A stretch of DNA of 64,000 nucleotides, from contig ML978121.1 of NCBI GenBank assembly GCA_010015805.1, positions 3,906,001-3,970,000 on the forward strand. Reading direction: 5' to 3'. The position numbers and the translations under genes were made by a program. Positions 60,778-64,000 of the stretch are shown piece by piece. The stretch comes from Rhizodiscina lignyota (lineage: Eukaryota). The notes beneath the pieces were generated by a model. That model saw only the letters and a program-made list of their open reading frames with translations. It searched no databases and had not been told where the DNA came from. The stretch's first letter is position 1, and each line of letters begins with the position of its first letter.

Positions 60778-63700
60778 ATGTCGTTCCTCTTCAAGTCGAA
60801 GAAGCCCGCGCCGGGCACAGGAGGCCTCCCCCCCGCCACGCGAAACATCACCTCTGCGCACGGCGAGCGCACCATGATACCCACCGCCAATGGCCTGAAT
60901 AGCAGTCTGAACAGCAGTCTGAATAGTCCGCGGGACGTTGCAGAGCGCGTCCCCAGAGAGGTGCAGAAGACGCAAACGCCGACCCCGGGCAGCAGCGTGA
61001 ACGCTTCGCTCAACTCTATCCAGAGCGCAAGTCCTGAACCGATCGGCATTCGAGAGATCTCGGATGTTGACATGCCGGTAAGGCAGTTGCCAAACTCCAT
61101 CCTGCGCGTTCGTCTTTGATTTTGCTTGCTGCGTCACTTTTTGAACCACCACATGCTGATGAAAATGATATCAGAGCGCACGTGCACCTACTGCCGGCCC
61201 AGTTGCTGCTGTTGGAAATGGTGGTCCAGTAGGTCCGCCAAATCGACCACAGCAGCAGGGCGATTCTCCATATCCATGGTCGCAGAGACGGCTAAACTTC
61301 ACCGCCCAAGCGAACCCTTTCCCTCGATACGGCGCTGCGGTAAACTCGAGCGCATCGAAAGAAGGATGGATATACTTGATGGGTGGACTTATCAATAGTA
61401 CCACAGTCAAAGGAGACTTGTGGATGGTTGAGGCTTCATCAGGAACAATGGCGTGTTATCCCGTTCAGACTCCTTCGGAAGGACCAGGCCCTCGAGTCGG
61501 TCATTCGAGCTTGCTCGTTGGGAACGCGTTCATTGTTTTTGGCGGAGACACGAAATTGCAAGAGGAAGATGTGCTAGACGATACGCTTTACTTGCTGAAC
61601 ACAGGTACGATTAAAATACACGTGCGTGTGTTCTAATTATGCTCACGATAATATTTGCAGCATCAAAACAATGGTCCAAAGCCCTGCCGGCGGGGCCGAG
61701 GCCTTCAGGACGATATGGCCACACCCTCAATATCTTGGGCTCCAAGATATATGTATTCGGCGGACAAGTCGAAGGCTTCTTCTTCAACGACTTGGTCGCA
61801 TTCGACCTGAATGGTCTCCAAGTTCCCGGCAATCGCTGGCAGATGCTCATCCCAAATAGCAAGGATGGAGTTAATGCTGCAGGACCGGTACCTGTACCTC
61901 GCACGAACCACACGTGCGTCACTTGGCAGGACAAGCTCTATCTGTGAGTAGACATTTTTACCGCCTTGCCTGAAGTTACTTCTGAGATTTCCATCCTAGA
62001 TTCGGTGGTACAGATGGCACGAGATGGTTCAACGACGTATGGACTTATGACCCGCGAACGAACCAATGGAGCGAGCTGGACTGCATCGGGTATATCCCAG
62101 CCCCACGAGAAGGCCACGCTGCCGCCCTGGTCGACGACACCATGTATATATTCGGTGGACGCGTTCAGGACGGATCTGACCTGGGTGATTTGGCCGCTTT
62201 TCGGATATCATCACGACGCTGGTACATGTTCCAAAACATGGGCATGTCACCGTCTGCACGATCAGGACATAGCATGACGGCGTTTGGGAAACACATCGTT
62301 GTGCTGGGTGGGGAACCTAGCTCGGCGCCTCATGATCCAAAGGAGTTGAGTCTATCTTATGTCTTGGATACATCTAAGATACGCTATCCTCCTAGCGAAG
62401 GGCAGCCGCAGGGCTCGTCTGGCAGCGAAAGGGTCCCACCAGCCCGTAAATTCAGCAACAGCGACCGCTCGACCGCAATACCCATCAAACAAGGCGCACC
62501 CGGACCGGGCGGCCCACTAGGGCCACTAGGACCACCATTCCCCAGAAATCAAGACGTCGCAATAGCACGCCCCGGCACAGCACCAGCAGGTTCTGGCCCG
62601 CCACCAACCCAACAAGCCCCCCAACCACGTCCGAACGGCGTCATCCAAGAACCGCCCAAGCCAAAGAAGTCTCAATCTCAGAAACCTCTAAGAGGCCCCA
62701 ATGGCATCACCTCCCCCTTCGGCCGCTCTAACTCTGTCGACTCCACCGAACCCACTGAAAACCCAGCAGCTGCCGCAGCCATCACGCGCGCAATGTCCCC
62801 GCGCGGCCGCACCCCCAGTGAAGAACGCCACCCCTCCATTAAACGCACCAAATCACCTCCCCTCCGCCGTTCCCAAGACAACTCCCGCCCCAGCAGCGCC
62901 ATGTCGCGCGCCGGCTCACGCGCCGCCCGCCAGCAAGGCTCAGTGTCCAGCATCGACCCCTTGGCACACGCACACGCTCGCGCAAGCGCCGGCTCCATCG
63001 ACGACACCCGGACCGCCTCTCGCACTGCTTCTCGAAGCACCGAGATCCTCGCTGTTGACAGCGGCATCGGCTCCTCGCCCGCTTTGTCACAGCAAAACGA
63101 CGAGTTGTTGAGAGAACTCGAGGCTGCCCGGGGGCGGAATGCGTGGTATGCAGGCGAGCTTGCGCTTGCGCGAAAGGCGGGGTATAACCCGTCTAGTTCG
63201 TCAGGGAATCAGATTCTTGATGAACGGGCAGCGGATATTTTTGGCGATGACGATCGGCCGCTTATCGAGGCGCTGTTGAGTATGCGCACTGAGCTGGGCA
63301 AGATGCAGGGCGCTATTGAAGCGCAGGCTGTTGAGGCGACGAATAAAGTTTCGGAGGCGGAGAAACAGAGGGATGCCGCGGTTAATGAGGCGATTTACGC
63401 AAAAGCGAAACTCGCGGCGCATGGTGGTGCAGGCGATGAAGCGTCGAACAGGGATTTGGTTGCCACACCCGATGCGGATCGCATTGCGGACGCGAATAAG
63501 CGCTTGGCCGCGAGTCTGAACGAGAAGAATGAGCTATCAACACGCCTGGCGAAGATTGAGCTGGAGATTGAGACGGAGAGAAGAGCGAGACATCTCGCAG
63601 AGGATACGGTCGAGGCAGCGGAGAAGCGCGTCGCAGAGCTCGATTCGTATCGCCAGCGCGCTGCAGGCGAGCTAGAGAGCCTAAGAGCAGAACTGCACGA

Positions 63701-64000
63701 GGCTGAAAGAGCCGCGAGGGAAGAGGCGGCGAATTGCGCAGAGGCCGTGTCGAAACATCGCTTGCTGGAGGTCGATCATTCCGAGCTGGCTGCGAAACAT
63801 GCTGTCCTGGACGAGGGCGCGAGAGATCACGCGACCGTCATGGAGAATCTGCGCGAGGCAGTTAACACGAGTTCGGATAAGGCGAGCTTGTTGGAGACGA
63901 AATTGGCGGGGGAGAGGACGCACAGGGAAGAGCTTGAACAGCAGCTTTCTGTGCTGAGGGTTGAGCATGATAATCGCTCGACCGAGCTGGAGAGTGTTAC
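60778..64000 (+). CDS. teaA: Kelch-repeat/coiled-coil cell-polarity protein (TeaA/Tea1/Kel1), truncated by window end
   Basis: Exons 60778-61077, 61175-61604, 61661-61943, 62000->64000. MSFLFKSKK start, YPWSQRRL, PFPRYG, kelch repeats (GPRVGHS..FGGD, GRYGHT..FGGQ, PRTNHT..FGGT, PREGHA..FGGR), then NAWYAGELALARK and coiled coil. Confidence 0.92.
60895..60927 (+). repeat. 12-bp coding tandem repeat (LNSS)x~3 in kelch gene exon 1
   Basis: ctgaatagcagt ctgaacagcagt ctgaatagt. Confidence 0.8.

Noticed and set aside
1..64000. tRNA genes, CRISPR arrays, transposases, LTRs or TIRs
   Set aside because: GGTTCGA-like hits (e.g. ~16005, 23717, 36194) lack a cloverleaf context. No regularly spaced repeat array or transposon protein motif was seen by eye; tRNAscan-SE and RepeatModeler would be decisive.

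Overview
Gene-dense chromosomal segment from a filamentous ascomycete (Pezizomycotina), judged from short GT-AG introns with CTRAC-like branch points and fungal protein families. I resolved about 24 protein-coding genes, most with hand-spliced exons. In order: partial Dpb11/Rad4-like BRCT protein, alpha-arrestin, HEM3, secreted GH31, 2OG-Fe(II) dioxygenase, amidohydrolase, ammonium transporter, a small spliced GGAGN-motif protein, Mkt1, proline iminopeptidase, a frameshifted DUF924 gene, family III CoA-transferase, FucP-like MFS, DHX57-like helicase, a 67-aa secreted Cys-rich peptide, Hnt3, NDUFAF6, FAD monooxygenase, DEDDy exonuclease, SCO1, an SDR, a large hypothetical protein, KOG1/Raptor and a partial TeaA/Kel1. 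I found no tRNA, rRNA, CRISPR array, transposase or secondary-metabolite core gene. The most notable items are: (1) an ammonium transporter with plant-AMT2/MEP-alpha signatures; (2) a degenerate repeat family at 49.8-50.95 kb whose differences are largely synonymous on the + strand; (3) chained overlapping uORFs ahead of KOG1; (4) the orphan C-C-CC-CC-CC secreted peptide; (5) a Doa1-like motif in the orphan protein. All family calls rest on motif recognition, not database searches.
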